Below are positions 31,087 through 42,037 of a stretch of 64,000 nt of DNA, in pieces. A program made the translations under genes and the position numbers. Numbering within the stretch: the first letter of the stretch is position 1; each line of letters opens with the position of its first letter. Under the pieces are notes generated by a model. It saw only the letters and a list, made by a program, of their open reading frames with translations, was not told where the DNA came from and searched no databases. The DNA is from Atribacterota bacterium (GTDB lineage: Bacteria > Atribacterota > Phoenicimicrobiia > Phoenicimicrobiales > Stramentimicrobiaceae), in NCBI GenBank assembly GCA_040767965.1, contig JAXGNR010000004.1:736001-800000 (forward strand), in the 5' to 3' direction.

Positions 31087-32094
31087 TTAAGAAGTCATTC
31101 TCTCAACAACCTTATTAGCAAGGTCAAATCTATTTTCATTCACATATAAAGGAACACAGCATCCAGGGCCAAGTATTAACCTTTTGTCTTCAACTTGGTC
31201 AAAAGCATTATTAAAATGTTCCAATAATTCTTCTTCATTTGCTTCATTTAATATTTTATATTCATCAACTCCACCAATCAGAAGTTTGTCAGTTTTTTTT
31301 CTTCCCTCTTTTAATGATATGTCCACCAATCTATCATGCCAATTAAGCGCTTGTACCGGGTATTTTTCTAAAATATCAAACATTGGTGCATTTCCATGCA
31401 TATGAAGTATGTTAAACCAGGTATTATTTTTAAAAGCATTAATTATTTCTAAATCATAAGGTTTCCCAAATTTTTCGTATTCCTCAACGTTCATTTTATC
31501 ATAATTTGCCAATTGAGTAGCAAAAAACACCCCATCTATTCCAAATTTAATCAATTCTTTAACATAACTTACAGAAGTCTCTGTAATTACTTCTAACCCT
31601 CTTTTAAGATATTCGGGATTAGTTCTCATATGAATTAACATTTTATCATTACTCATTTTCATAGCATGTAATAATGAGTTAAACACAGTGATTACTACTG
31701 GCACCTCTCCTTTAAATCTATTTACCACTTCTTTTACTACTTCTAAAGAATCACCAATTGAATTTTGCTTTATTGGCAACACATTAATTTTTGTCCAGTC
31801 TTGTGCTGTTTTTATGGGATAGTCAGTTATTATTCCAACTTTTGAACAGGTATCAGGCCATTGACAATCTCTTTCTGGCCATTTTACTTGAGTCCCCCAG
31901 TCTTGGCTAAAATGCAGTCCATGATATGTAATCTTAACGAAATCCCAATTAAATCTTTCCTGGAATTGTATTATTTTTTTTATTAAGTTTTGTGGATTTT
32001 CATCATAAGGAGGAAAATGTTTCCAAAGGTTAATAGCTGGTTTTTTCAGGGTTCCTCCTGACAATAATGTTTCTATTCTTTTCACATGATTCAT
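31087..32094 (-). CDS. Uroporphyrinogen decarboxylase (URO-D/MtaA) superfamily protein
   Basis: LWKHFP, DFVKI, GIDGVFFATQ, KPYDL, ILHMHG, LNWHD, LGPGCCVP. Confidence 0.82.
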   Translation of the reverse strand: MNHVKRIETLLSGGTLKKPAINLWKHFPPYDENPQNLIKKIIQFQERFNWDFVKITYHGLHFSQDWGTQVKWPERDCQWPDTCSKVGIITDYPIKTAQDWTKINVLPIKQNSIGDSLEVVKEVVNRFKGEVPVVITVFNSLLHAMKMSNDKMLIHMRTNPEYLKRGLEVITETSVSYVKELIKFGIDGVFFATQLANYDKMNVEEYEKFGKPYDLEIINAFKNNTWFNILHMHGNAPMFDILEKYPVQALNWHDRLVDISLKEGRKKTDKLLIGGVDEYKILNEANEEELLEHFNNAFDQVEDKRLILGPGCCVPLYVNENRFDLANKVVERMTS

Positions 32095-32233
32095 TTGTTT
32101 AATCCTCCATTTTTACAATCAAAACTGGTAAATTAATTGTATTATAATGTAATATTTATAGCAAGAAAGCATTTCCATGCAAAATCTTTTATTGCTTAAT
32201 ATCTAATGTTCATAGTATCCATGCTAAATAAGC

Positions 32234-32878
32234 TTAATATCCAAGACTTTCACCTACCAAAATAACTGTAATATCAGACAAATTTGGTTTTTTATGAAAA
32301 ACCACGGAAATATTACACATTCTTTCAGGTGAGTCACAATCAGTGCACTGGCCAATCAATGCACAAGGCGTTTTTCTGCTTAACCTTATTCCATTTAGCG
32401 GGGCGGTAATATTTCTAATTCTGGCAAAAGCTTCTTCTAAAGTATCCACAAGTTTATTTGCACCAGCAATAATAATCGTTTTTTGTGGGCCGAAAGACAT
32501 AGCTGCAATACGGTTCCCTGATCCATCAATATTTACTAATTCTCCATTCAAGGTAATTGCATTACTACTGGTAAGATAAACATCACATGTTAAAGATTTT
32601 TTTCTATTGTTTAACTTTTCTTCTGTGGTTAAATCTTTCTCCCAATGTGAGAATACAGTATTGCCTTGTTTATTTATAATCTCCAGTAATCCAATTTCCC
32701 TTATTGATATTGAACCACCTATTCCAACTGTTGCATTTTTGGGTATGAAAGATATTGCTTTGCTAACAGCCTCCTCTTTTGTAGCATAGAAGAGAGCATT
32801 AAAATTGTTTGCTTTTAAGGCATTAACAGCAACTTTTGATCTTTTAGCGTAAAACTCCTTTAAAAGTAATTCATCCAT
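32234..32878 (-). CDS. LUD-domain (lactate utilization) protein
   Basis: GGSIS, SSNAITLNGELVNIDGSGNR, CALIGQCTDCDSPERMC. Confidence 0.88.
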   Translation of the reverse strand: MDELLLKEFYAKRSKVAVNALKANNFNALFYATKEEAVSKAISFIPKNATVGIGGSISIREIGLLEIINKQGNTVFSHWEKDLTTEEKLNNRKKSLTCDVYLTSSNAITLNGELVNIDGSGNRIAAMSFGPQKTIIIAGANKLVDTLEEAFARIRNITAPLNGIRLSRKTPCALIGQCTDCDSPERMCNISVVFHKKPNLSDITVILVGESLGY

Positions 32879-33092
32879 ATATACCTCCAGTGATATTTTT
32901 AATTTTAACTAAATATCTTTTAATTATTTTATATTATAGCTTATGAAATAAATTTTATCAGAAAGAAATAAAGAAAAAAATAAATAATTGTCATATTTTA
33001 TGGAAAAAAATAATGCTTGGGAATGATATAAATTAAGAAAACAATAATTATTCTAATTAATAAATAAATTTAGCAAAAATATCAGGTAATAT

Positions 33093-33135
33093 AAAAAAAG
33101 AAAGCTTCTTTTAAAACAAGAAACTTTCTTTTTTT
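33093..33135 (-). terminator. Putative terminator after the RRM gene
   Basis: AAAAAAAGAAAGCTTCTT...AAGAAACTTTCTTTTTTT imperfect hairpin with A/T tails. Confidence 0.55.
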
Positions 33136-33163
33136 ATTGCATTTATATTAATTTAGTTAAAAA

Positions 33164-33463
33164 TTAATAACGTCTTCTATCGTCACTGTAATTTCTTCTT
33201 GGTCTACTATCGCCAAAATCTCTTCTAGGTTTTTGAGGTTTAGCTTCATCAATTTTTAATGGACGACCATTAAAATCATTGTTATTTAAGCTTTCCATGG
33301 CTTTGCTTGCTTCTTCAGAAGAAGACATTTCCACAAAACCAAATCCTTTGCCTTCAATAATATTGACGCTTTTAACAGTACCATAACTACTAAATAACTC
33401 TTCTAATTGCTGATTAGTTACAGAATAGTTCAAATTTCCAACATAGAGTTTACTTCCTTGCAT
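33164..33463 (-). CDS. RRM RNA-binding protein (Rbp family)
   Basis: KLYVGNL (RNP2), KGFGFVEM (RNP1), Arg-rich tail; SD AAGGAGG before ATG 33463. Confidence 0.93.
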   Translation of the reverse strand: MQGSKLYVGNLNYSVTNQQLEELFSSYGTVKSVNIIEGKGFGFVEMSSSEEASKAMESLNNNDFNGRPLKIDEAKPQKPRRDFGDSRPRRNYSDDRRRY

Positions 33464-33640
33464 ATCTTTATCCTCCTTTCTTCTGTTTTTTTTCAGTAAC
33501 ATCTAATTTAGAGGCAAGATATGTCAGGATAGAAATATCTCTATTTTATATATTACTGTAAGGTAAGGACATTAATACAAAACTAATTGTCCTTTTACCA
33601 TTTATTTATAATATTTATTATTGTACTTTCCAATGCTGCT

Positions 33641-33676
33641 TTTTAACATTAATTATATATATAATTAATGTTAAAA
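33641..33676. repeat. 36-bp perfect palindrome
   Basis: TTTTAACATTAATTATAT|ATATAATTAATGTTAAAA. Confidence 0.9.
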
Positions 33677-33705
33677 TAATAATACTTTCTAGTTGAAGTG
33701 AAATT

Positions 33706-33733
33706 ATTATACATCAACAGAAAATATTGTCAA
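33706..33733 (-). promoter_or_regulatory. Putative sigma70 promoter of the RRM gene
   Basis: TTGACA, 16 bp spacer, TATAAT. Confidence 0.6.
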
Positions 33734-33844
33734 ATAATATTTTTTTCAAAAAAACAATCCTTTAAGAAGACAAAAATAATATCTAATTATGATATTATCC
33801 TTCAATATAAATATTCTGTTTATAACAGGTTTCTTGTTAATAGT

Positions 33845-34268
33845 TCAAATTACTTTGATAAATGTTAATAATTCATTTTCAAAGCAGTCAAAAAGCTCAA
33901 GTTTAGTTTGACTTACGGTATATTTGCACGATTCTTGCAACAATTGGAAGTATGTTGCCTCAGCTTTCATCGCTTCCTCTGAGCCACCCATCAAGGTCAT
34001 TTGCAAGTCTTCCAATATTAAGAAATAATGATTTTCTTTCACTAAATAAGAGCCACTATAGAAATTAATTGATGAAGTTTCAGAAATAGTTGATTCATCA
34101 AAATTTGCAGTTATGTAAAATAATGAAGGATCTATCGTATCTTCTGTCCATGATGACAATTTCCATTGAGTATTAACCAAAGGGTAACTTTCTGGAATTA
34201 AACCTTCACAGCCAGTCAGAGAAAATATAACCAAAAAGATATCTTTAAAAAATAAAAAGCTTTTTCAT
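33845..34268 (-). CDS. META-domain (HslJ-like) lipoprotein, frameshift in the signal peptide
   Basis: Lipobox LTGC, LVNTQWKL, INFYSGSY, MTLMG...MKAEATYFQLL; ATG 34268 is one indel out of frame. Confidence 0.7.
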
Positions 34269-34526
34269 TTAAACTTTCTTTATTCTTCCTGATAAGATAT
34301 TAGTTTATGAGTAATGTAAAAACATATTTAATAAAAGAAATACATTTGTACTATTCTACCAGAATTACATTTAAAGCAATTTACTGAAAATAGATTTGTT
34401 TTAATGTAAAGAAGCAAATATATGTTATGCTAAATATAAATCTTTTCTAATTGAAAAATAGTAAATATGAAATTTTACTATGAAATACCATTTAATTGAT
34501 ATTATTTTTATCTATTTTGTTTAAAT

Positions 34527-34746
34527 TCAGGATTTTTTGTTTCCTAATAAAAGAAGCAATATTCCTCCTATCAACGTAATTCCTCCTACCAAGAGTGGCA
34601 AAGAAAAGTATTTGTTTTCTCTGTAGTTATCTCAATCGGACCAATGTCAGCAACTTTCTCTCTTGTGGTATAATTAATACCCGATATGCGAATATAACAA
34701 TTCCCGTAATTATAAGTATTATTGCAATAACTGTATTTGTTTTCAT
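34527..34746 (-). CDS. Small two-TM membrane protein (DUF3185-like), one frameshift
   Basis: Manual translation MKTNTVIAIILIITGIVIFAY / GINYTTREKVADIGPIEITTEKTNTFLLPLLVGGITLIGGILLLLLGNKKS; SD AAGGA. Confidence 0.7.
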
Positions 34747-34998
34747 TTTTTCCTTCCTTAATTTTTTATAATAATTTATCTACAAACCAATATCAAGGCT
34801 TCCTATCCCGGATATCTGTTTTGTCCGGATAAATAGTATCCTATCCTATTTCTATAAGAAAGAACTGTAATGTAAAACACATCTTGAAATTAATACAATT
34901 TATATAATCTTTATTTACCATGTTTATTTATTCAATATATTTACTTTTATTATAACTACGTTGTTCAATGATGTATATTTGCAAAAAACACACTTGTT

Positions 34999-35939
34999 TT
35001 AATTTATCTTCCAATATCCTGATTGTATTCTCCAGTATTTCCCTAATTCAAAATCAAACGATTGTGGCTCAAACTTCCCCGTGCCACTTGATTGATAATT
35101 TGTTAATTCTCCGATATATATTTTTTCATTTATACTATAAAAATCTACTCGAATATAGTCAAAGCTTTTCGCTAATTTTTCAGAGATACTTATCATTTTA
35201 GATAAGTTTTCCGGTGGCTCTAAAAATGGGCCTTTCTTCATATTATGAGCAACATCCAATATTTTCCATTCAGGTGTTAATAAAGTTTTAGATCTATCAC
35301 CAAAGCGGTCAAATTCTACATGTATAAGGCAACATTTTCCATGAAACATGTGGAATTTAATATCCTTAGGTATTTTATTTTTTTCAAGAAGTAATTTTTC
35401 TATAATAATCTTCCTACGGATATGTTGATAAGCCCATTCAAGTCTCTCCAAACAATAGGGAAGCCGGAGCCATTTTAGACAGGTATTGATTATTTCCGTT
35501 TTATTAAAATCATCATTTTTAACAATTATATTTAACCCAGAGGCATGATTAGGTTTTATTATAAAAGGAACAGGGAGTGTTTCAAAAGGAATTTTCTGTG
35601 GTTTATCCGTAATAAATAATAAGGGAATTAATATCTCATTAGCTTCTTCTTCTCCCAATATACGTTTAATGTAAGAGCGGACCTGATATTTGTCAGCAAC
35701 AACGGGTAATAAAGGATTCCTGTCATTAATTTTTTTCCAAATTATTTTTTCATTAAAAGATTTTGGATTTTCTAGATTTAAAGTATAATTCAGTCTCTTA
35801 TAGAATCTTTTTTTTTCAATGTTGTAGTTGGAAATTAGATTAAAAAATATAAAGAATAAGCTCTTAAGTTGTAAAAAATAACAAATAATAAATCATGTTT
35901 TTTAATTATATCTTTTGTTTTCTTATATAATTTATTCAT
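34999..35939 (-). CDS. TupA-like ATP-grasp amide ligase (polysaccharide modification), one N-terminal frameshift
   Basis: Frame extends upstream of the listed ORF: LNLENPKSFNEKIIWKK...ADKYQVR; KPNHASG, DIKFHMF, YIRVDFY, GELT. Confidence 0.85.
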
Positions 35940-36184
35940 TTACATTTTTTATTTTTTAAATTTATAGAAAGTATATTTTATCTATACTACATTTATTATA
36001 AAATTTACTCTATTATATCAAAAAATATAGAGAAAAAGATAAATTCTTCAGCTGGAAACTTAAGGGTTTGGATTAACTGGATTCCCCTATTGGATGCGTT
36101 CAGATACGCTTGGGAAAGTTGAAATATTTTATTATTCCTCTTTCCCAAGTGTTTTTCATTTTCTTCAATCTTCATGTTCTCAAC

Positions 36185-37351
36185 TTATGGTAAATAATAA
36201 GTTATCTCCAATTTCGGGCAACGGCTAGGGTTAGGATCATAATCTGAAGAGTAGCATTTAATAAAAATATTTCCTGTAGTTTCGTCTGTATCTCTCAATA
36301 CTACTCCATAATTAGGAATGCTTCCGCTATACCATCCTTTTACCAGGGTAGTAATATTCCAGGACAACCAGGTCTCAGCATCTGGAGCTACTGACAAGGT
36401 ACTTTCAGGGGTTGACTTGTAACCAGGTCTGGTATTCCAGGTAATGCCATTTTCTTCCCATAATCCGTTGACCTTATAGATACCTAGTTCAAAACTCTGT
36501 GGTGCGCCAAAAGATTCTTGATGATCATATTGATATAGCTTTAAAGTGGCATTTGTAATATCAACACCTGCCGGCAGATCAGTCAGGTTAAACTTAAGAT
36601 AAGCCCTAAAACTTCCCCAGGTAACGATATGCCCTATCCCAAACCAGCTAATATTTCCAAAATTATCATCAGGATAATTACTATAGATATAACTATCCTT
36701 ACCCTCCACCGGTCCTGGTTGTATAGTGATATATTGAGGAAAAATGATAATTCCTACCGATAAAACAGTTATGGTAACCATATCAATACTGGATCCGGCG
36801 CTATTGGTGGCAGTCAGGGTATAAGTAATGGCGCCGACAGAGGTAGGTGTAACCGTAGTAGAGCCGGAGGGTGCCTCTACTGACCCTACCCCCTGGTTAA
36901 TGCTAATTGTAGTGGCATTGGTGACCCAGCTCAGAGCAATGCTGCCTCCAAGGCCGATGCTGTTAGAACTGGCGGTAAAGGAGCTAATGACAGGAGGAGC
37001 AGTCGGGGTCGTATCATCTGGTAAAACGGTGATGGTGATGCTATTAGTGCTAGAACCATCACTGTTGGTGGCGGTGAGGGTGTAGGTAGTGGTGGATGCC
37101 GGGGTAACAGTCTTCGAACCGGAGGGGGCCGTCACCGCACCAATACCCTGATCTATGCTTACCGTTTTAGCACTGGTGACCCAGCTTAAGGTCACACTCT
37201 CCCCTTCAGTAATACTTGTGGAAGTACTGGTAAATGAACTAATGGTCGGACCTGATGGGGTGACTCCGCCACAGGCGGAAATAAATAGAAAGAACAAGAC
37301 AATGATTGAAAGGCTTAAATACTTCCTGTAACTTTTCATGATTCCTTTCAT
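36185..37351 (-). CDS. Lipoprotein with two Ig/PKD-like repeats and a C-terminal DNRLRE-like domain
   Basis: Lipobox ISAC; repeats TLSW...YTLTATNS; GKDSYI...RAYLKFNL...ATLKLY...WEENGITWN...PKLEITY; higher GC than flanks. Confidence 0.8.
   Translation of the reverse strand: MKGIMKSYRKYLSLSIIVLFFLFISACGGVTPSGPTISSFTSTSTSITEGESVTLSWVTSAKTVSIDQGIGAVTAPSGSKTVTPASTTTYTLTATNSDGSSTNSITITVLPDDTTPTAPPVISSFTASSNSIGLGGSIALSWVTNATTISINQGVGSVEAPSGSTTVTPTSVGAITYTLTATNSAGSSIDMVTITVLSVGIIIFPQYITIQPGPVEGKDSYIYSNYPDDNFGNISWFGIGHIVTWGSFRAYLKFNLTDLPAGVDITNATLKLYQYDHQESFGAPQSFELGIYKVNGLWEENGITWNTRPGYKSTPESTLSVAPDAETWLSWNITTLVKGWYSGSIPNYGVVLRDTDETTGNIFIKCYSSDYDPNPSRCPKLEITYYLP
36761..37249 (-). repeat. Two ~77-aa tandem Ig-like repeats within the lipoprotein
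   Basis: aa 35-110 vs 120-197: ISSFT...SWVT...QG.G.V.APSGS.TVTP...TYTLTATNS.GSS...TITVL. Confidence 0.85.
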
Positions 37352-37538
37352 CTTTTTAGACCTCCTATCTCTAAAGATTCAGGAATATAAATATAGTGCA
37401 GTTTTGCTATGAGGGAAGAATAATTAATATCATAAAAATCCTTCTGATGCAGTACTAATATAATCCTTATTTACCGTGTTTATTTAATTAATATATTTAT
37501 TTTAATTATAACTCCGTTATGCAAGGATGTATATTTGT

Positions 37539-37574
37539 AAAAGAAAAAGCCCCTCAGCAAGATGCTGAAGGGCT
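37539..37574 (-). terminator. Rho-independent terminator after tRNA-Asn
   Basis: AGCCCTTCAGCA-TCT-TGCTGAGGGGCT followed by TTTTCTTTT. Confidence 0.85.
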
Positions 37575-37583
37575 GGGATTGAC

Positions 37584-37658
37584 TGGCTCCCCGGGTAGGA
37601 TTCGAACCTACAACCCTCCGGTTAACAGCCGGATGCTCCACCATTGAGCTACCGAGGA
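37584..37658 (-). tRNA. tRNA-Asn(GTT)
   Basis: TCCTCGG/CCGGGGA acceptor stem, CCGG-CTGTTAA-CCGG anticodon arm, TTCGAAT T-loop, encoded CCA. Confidence 0.96.
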
Positions 37659-37672
37659 ATAACACAAAAGTA

Positions 37673-37701
37673 ATTATAGTCTAAAAAAATAAAAAGGTCA
37701 A
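37673..37701 (-). promoter_or_regulatory. Sigma70 promoter of tRNA-Asn
   Basis: TTGACC, 17 bp spacer, TATAAT. Confidence 0.8.
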
Positions 37702-37726
37702 CAATTTTTTATAAATTAAATCTCAT

Positions 37727-38833
37727 TTAATCAAGGTAGTCTCGTAATTTTTTACTTCTACTAGGGTGTCTCAATTTTCTTAAGGCTTTTGCTTCAATCT
37801 GTCTTATTCTTTCTCTGGTGACGCCAAATTCTCTACCAACCTCTTCCAGGGTATGAGGATGACCATCGGTTATTCCAAATCTTAACTCTAATACTCTTTT
37901 TTCTCTTTGAGTTAAAGTTTTTAAGACATCTTCAAGTTGTTCTTTTAGTAAAGTGTGAGAGGCAATCTTTGGAGGTGCAGGGGAATCTTCATCCTCAATA
38001 AAGTCTCCAAGATGACTGTCATCTTCTTTACCTATCGGGCTCTCTAAAGATACTGGTTCTTGTGCTGTTTTAATGATTCCTTTAATTTTTTCCAAAGGCA
38101 ATTCCATTCTTTCTGCAATTTCTTCAATCGTAGGATCACGCCCTAATTCTTGTAACAGATATCTGGACACACGAACGAGTTTATTTATAGTTTCAACCAT
38201 ATGGACAGGAACCCTTATGGTTCTTGCCTGATCTGCAATAGCTCTGGTGATAGCCTGTCTTATCCACCAGGTAGCATAGGTGCTAAATTTATATCCACGC
38301 CTATAATCAAATTTTTCAACTGCTCTTATCAAGCCCATGTTTCCTTCTTGAATCAAATCCAAAAAAAGCATTCCTCTTCCTACGTATCTTTTTGCGATGC
38401 TCACAACTAGTCTCAAGTTAGATTGTACTAATATCCTTTTAGCTTCTGCATCGCCTTCTTCCATTCTTTTTGCTAATTCTATTTCCTCATCCGCTGTCAA
38501 CAGCCTTATTTGCCCTATCTCCTTGAGGTACATTTTTACAGGATCATCTAATTCAAAACCTTTTCCCAAAACTATGTCAGATGCCATATCTTTTTTAGAA
38601 ATAACAGACACTCCGGTTTTTTTTGATTTTTCTTTTACCTCTGTTCCAACATCATCTTTTTCATCTTCATCAATTACATCTACTCCAGATTCATTAAGAG
38701 CATCATACAGATCTTCAATTTTATTTATATTAAGTATTTCGTCATCTAAATAGTTTTCAATTTCCTGAAAAGTTAGGTAATTTTTCTCTTTTCCTTTTTC
38801 AATTAAGCCTTCTATTTTCTTTTTCTTTGCCAT
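37727..38833 (-). CDS. rpoD: RNA polymerase primary sigma factor
   Basis: [56 protein letters not shown]. Confidence 0.98.
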   Translation of the reverse strand: MAKKKKIEGLIEKGKEKNYLTFQEIENYLDDEILNINKIEDLYDALNESGVDVIDEDEKDDVGTEVKEKSKKTGVSVISKKDMASDIVLGKGFELDDPVKMYLKEIGQIRLLTADEEIELAKRMEEGDAEAKRILVQSNLRLVVSIAKRYVGRGMLFLDLIQEGNMGLIRAVEKFDYRRGYKFSTYATWWIRQAITRAIADQARTIRVPVHMVETINKLVRVSRYLLQELGRDPTIEEIAERMELPLEKIKGIIKTAQEPVSLESPIGKEDDSHLGDFIEDEDSPAPPKIASHTLLKEQLEDVLKTLTQREKRVLELRFGITDGHPHTLEEVGREFGVTRERIRQIEAKALRKLRHPSRSKKLRDYLD

Positions 38834-38881
38834 AGATAAAGCCTCTCTTTTAAACTATGTTATATATTTTTTCTATTATTT

Positions 38882-40612
38882 TTAAACTATTGCCTTTATT
38901 TTGAACAACAGATTTTGATAATTTTTTAATAATTCAGGTTCAATTTCTATTTTTAATGCTTCTTTTTCTTTTATTGTTTTTTTTAGATCGCTTAATTCCA
39001 GTTGAAGATTATGTTTCTTTATGGCTTTTATAGACCGTTCAACTGTCTCATCATCAACTAAAACAACCTCTTTCATAAGTATTTTTGATAATAAATTAAC
39101 CAGGTTTTGATCATTCAATTTATCAAATATTTTTTGAGAGTTAATCATTTCATTATTTTCATATAAATTCTTAATAACAAGAACAATATCCTGGTGCTCT
39201 TTTACCGAGAAATCGCTTATATTAATTTCTTTAAGTATTTTATCCAAAAAATTTTTATTTTGAATCATACTGCCTATTCTTAGTATCTTTTCAGCATTGA
39301 TATAGGTAAATTCAAATCTTTTTCTCTAATGCATCAGTAGGTGCATTACCCTTTTTATATTTCTGAATATCTTTTAATATTGCATTCTCATCAATATTAA
39401 GGTATTCAGCAATTTTTTTTGTTTCTAATTGCAATTCAACCTGGCTTTTTATGTCTGATAAATCTGAATATAAATTTTTTATAATTGCAACTTTTTGATT
39501 CATCCTTTTTTGGAATATATTTTCATTAAAAGCGATAATTTATAGTCGGTAAAGGTAGCTAGATTTTCTATTAGATAATTAAAATATTCTTTACCTTTTT
39601 TTAAATAATATCTGCAGGATCATAATTAAAAGGAAAGAATGTATTTTATTTCAAGTCAGCTTTTTAACATGCTTAGCTTCTTAGGTGGCATTTCTTCCTG
39701 CATTATCAGCATCAAATGCAATTAAAACCTCATCTACCAAATCTTTTTGTGTCTGTACTGTTCTGTCAAGGCAGTCCCCAGTGATCTCTTCATTTTCAAA
39801 TCCAAATTGAAAGCAATAATTACATCTGTATACCCTTCCATTATAATTACTCTATTATTTTTTCTGATTTCATTTTTCGCTTGAAATAATCCGTAAAGAT
39901 TATTACTTTTTTTATATACCTCTGTTTCAGGAGAATTGATATATTTGGGCAATGAATTATCCAGCACCCTCCCACCAAAAGCAATTGTTTTACCTTGTAA
40001 ATTAGTAATTGGAAAAACCATTCAGCTATAAAATAATCAATAACATTGCCTGTTTTTTTGCTTTTTACCGCCAGGCCTGCTTTGATGATATCCTGCAATT
40101 TATATCTTTTTTTAAGCAATATTTTGATTAAATTATCATATCCTGGTAACGCATAACCTAGATGAAACTTTTGAATAGTCTCTTCTTTAAAATAACGTTT
40201 AGTTAATAATTAGAAACATTTTTCCCGCTTGTTGTGAATATATATTGTTTTGATAATGTTCAATACTATTTCATTTAATTGAAATATTATCTCTTTTTTC
40301 ATAAAAGATTTATTGTCTTGATCAATTTTGAAAGGCAGTTCAATTCAGCTTTTCTTCATCAATTCAATTGCTTCGGAAAATTTACCTTTTCAATTTTCTT
40401 TGATAAAACTAAAAATATTTCCACCTTCTCCAGCAAAACAATGAAATATTTGTCTCTGGCTATCACCATAAAAGAAGGTGTTTTTCTGATGAAAAGGGCG
40501 CAATCCTTTATAACTGCCCCACTGGGCTTTAAAGATATATATTCTACAAATCAATTCAACAATATCAAGCTTATTTCTTATTTCATTCAATACGTCTTCC
40601 TGAATATCTCAA
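38882..40612 (-). CDS. dnaG: DNA primase, fragmented by many indels (probably sequencing artefact)
   Basis: Fragments: zinc-finger region (YKGL.PFH, IFHCF), FPI...AFGGR, PKYINSPET, MEGYTDV, LGTALT, AFDADNAG, DPAD; directly upstream of rpoD. Confidence 0.9.
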
Positions 40613-40838
40613 ATATATAAACTCCTTTTACATAAAATAAAAAATACCATTGTTTTTAATAAAAAATCGATTCAGTAGTTATCTGGTTTGCACTCTCTTA
40701 TATTAATTACAACAAGATAGTCTCAATACCTTTTTTATTTTAAAACATTCTGATGAGAGGAAGCACTTTGGAATAATTAATTTCTATTCTTGAAATAAAG
40801 GAATAAACTTAAAAGTTGCGGAAAATACCGTTCAAAAT

Positions 40839-42037
40839 TCACACTAATAGGGCAATTTTAATTTTCTTACCATATTTTCCGCCTCCACAGGTAATAGTGA
40901 TAACTTTCCTTCTATCTGGCAGCAATTATTTTTAGCAATTTTTGAACCAGTAACCACAGTTTTATTTTATGATAGAAGGCATTATGCAAAATGTTCATTT
41001 CAGTGCCTAAATAATTATGTAAATTTTCCAATGTTTTCCTGCCAACCCCTGGAACAAAATTTAGTGCAACCTGGTGGCAATAAAGACCGATGAACAGGTA
41101 AACAGATTCTCTATTTTCAGAAATTTCAATAATTCTATCAAATACTCCTTTGGTTACTCTTTTGCTACCACACAGGGGCACTGGAACACAGGTGGGCATT
41201 CACCTAGCCATACAACTGGTCTCACAAAAAGCCTGGTGATATTTTCCTAATCTGGATCCAGCCCGTAATTTATAAATGCTCTTCTATCTTTTTTCTATTT
41301 AATGCTAATACAATTCCTTATATGTAGGTTTTTCAATTTTAATAAGAGTTTGTCTCCTGGCTCAATTTTTGGGCAGGTAGGCATCAGAATTTGTTAAAAA
41401 TAATATTTTCTAAGTCTTTTAAATGATCAGCTAAAAATGTATCTGCACTGAGCCTAATTCAACTGCAGGTATTTTAATAGTCTCTGTGTTAAACATTTCA
41501 GATAAATAATGACACAGCTTCCAAACATGCTTTTATGTAGTGTAAATATGTGTGCAGGAATAGCAATACCACCATGATTATCAACAATATTAAAAATTCT
41601 TGAGCATCTATGCCACTATTCTGCCGAACTCAGATTAGGATTGGTAATAATTTCCTGCATTTTTGCTTCAATTCGCACATATCTGCAAAATAAGGGAAAA
41701 ATGCTATTTGGTGTGATAAATTACCATTTCTTTCCTTTGTTTCAATTTCCGCTCCCAGGATTATAGTAACAGAATCCTGATATAAGACTCCTCCGTCTTC
41801 TAATTCTCTCATTTCTCCACTATTAATGGTTTTTTCAATATCCCTGATCACCCTTGGCGAAGCACAGTCCACTATTCCTACTATATCAATACCTTTTTTA
41901 TTCAGGCATTCCCTGGCAATATTCGGAAAAGTAAGTTTGCGAGATGCAGTAACCTTTACAGGTAAATCTTCTGTATCTCTTCCAATATGAACATGAAGAT
42001 CTGCGAAATATGTATCTTTTCTCTTTTTTTTGTTCAT
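40839..42037 (-). CDS. TIGR00375/YqxK PHP-family protein (endonuclease Q-like), fragmented by indels
   Basis: FADLHVHIG, GIVDCASP, LGAEIE, PAHIFT, ELGLSADT, TNSDA, GKYH, PLCG...GVFDRI, GGGKYGK; ATGA overlap with nudF. Confidence 0.8.

Noticed and set aside
38882-40612. dnaG as a true pseudogene or programmed frameshift
   Set aside because: Too many indels in an essential gene within an error-dense zone; artefact is more parsimonious.
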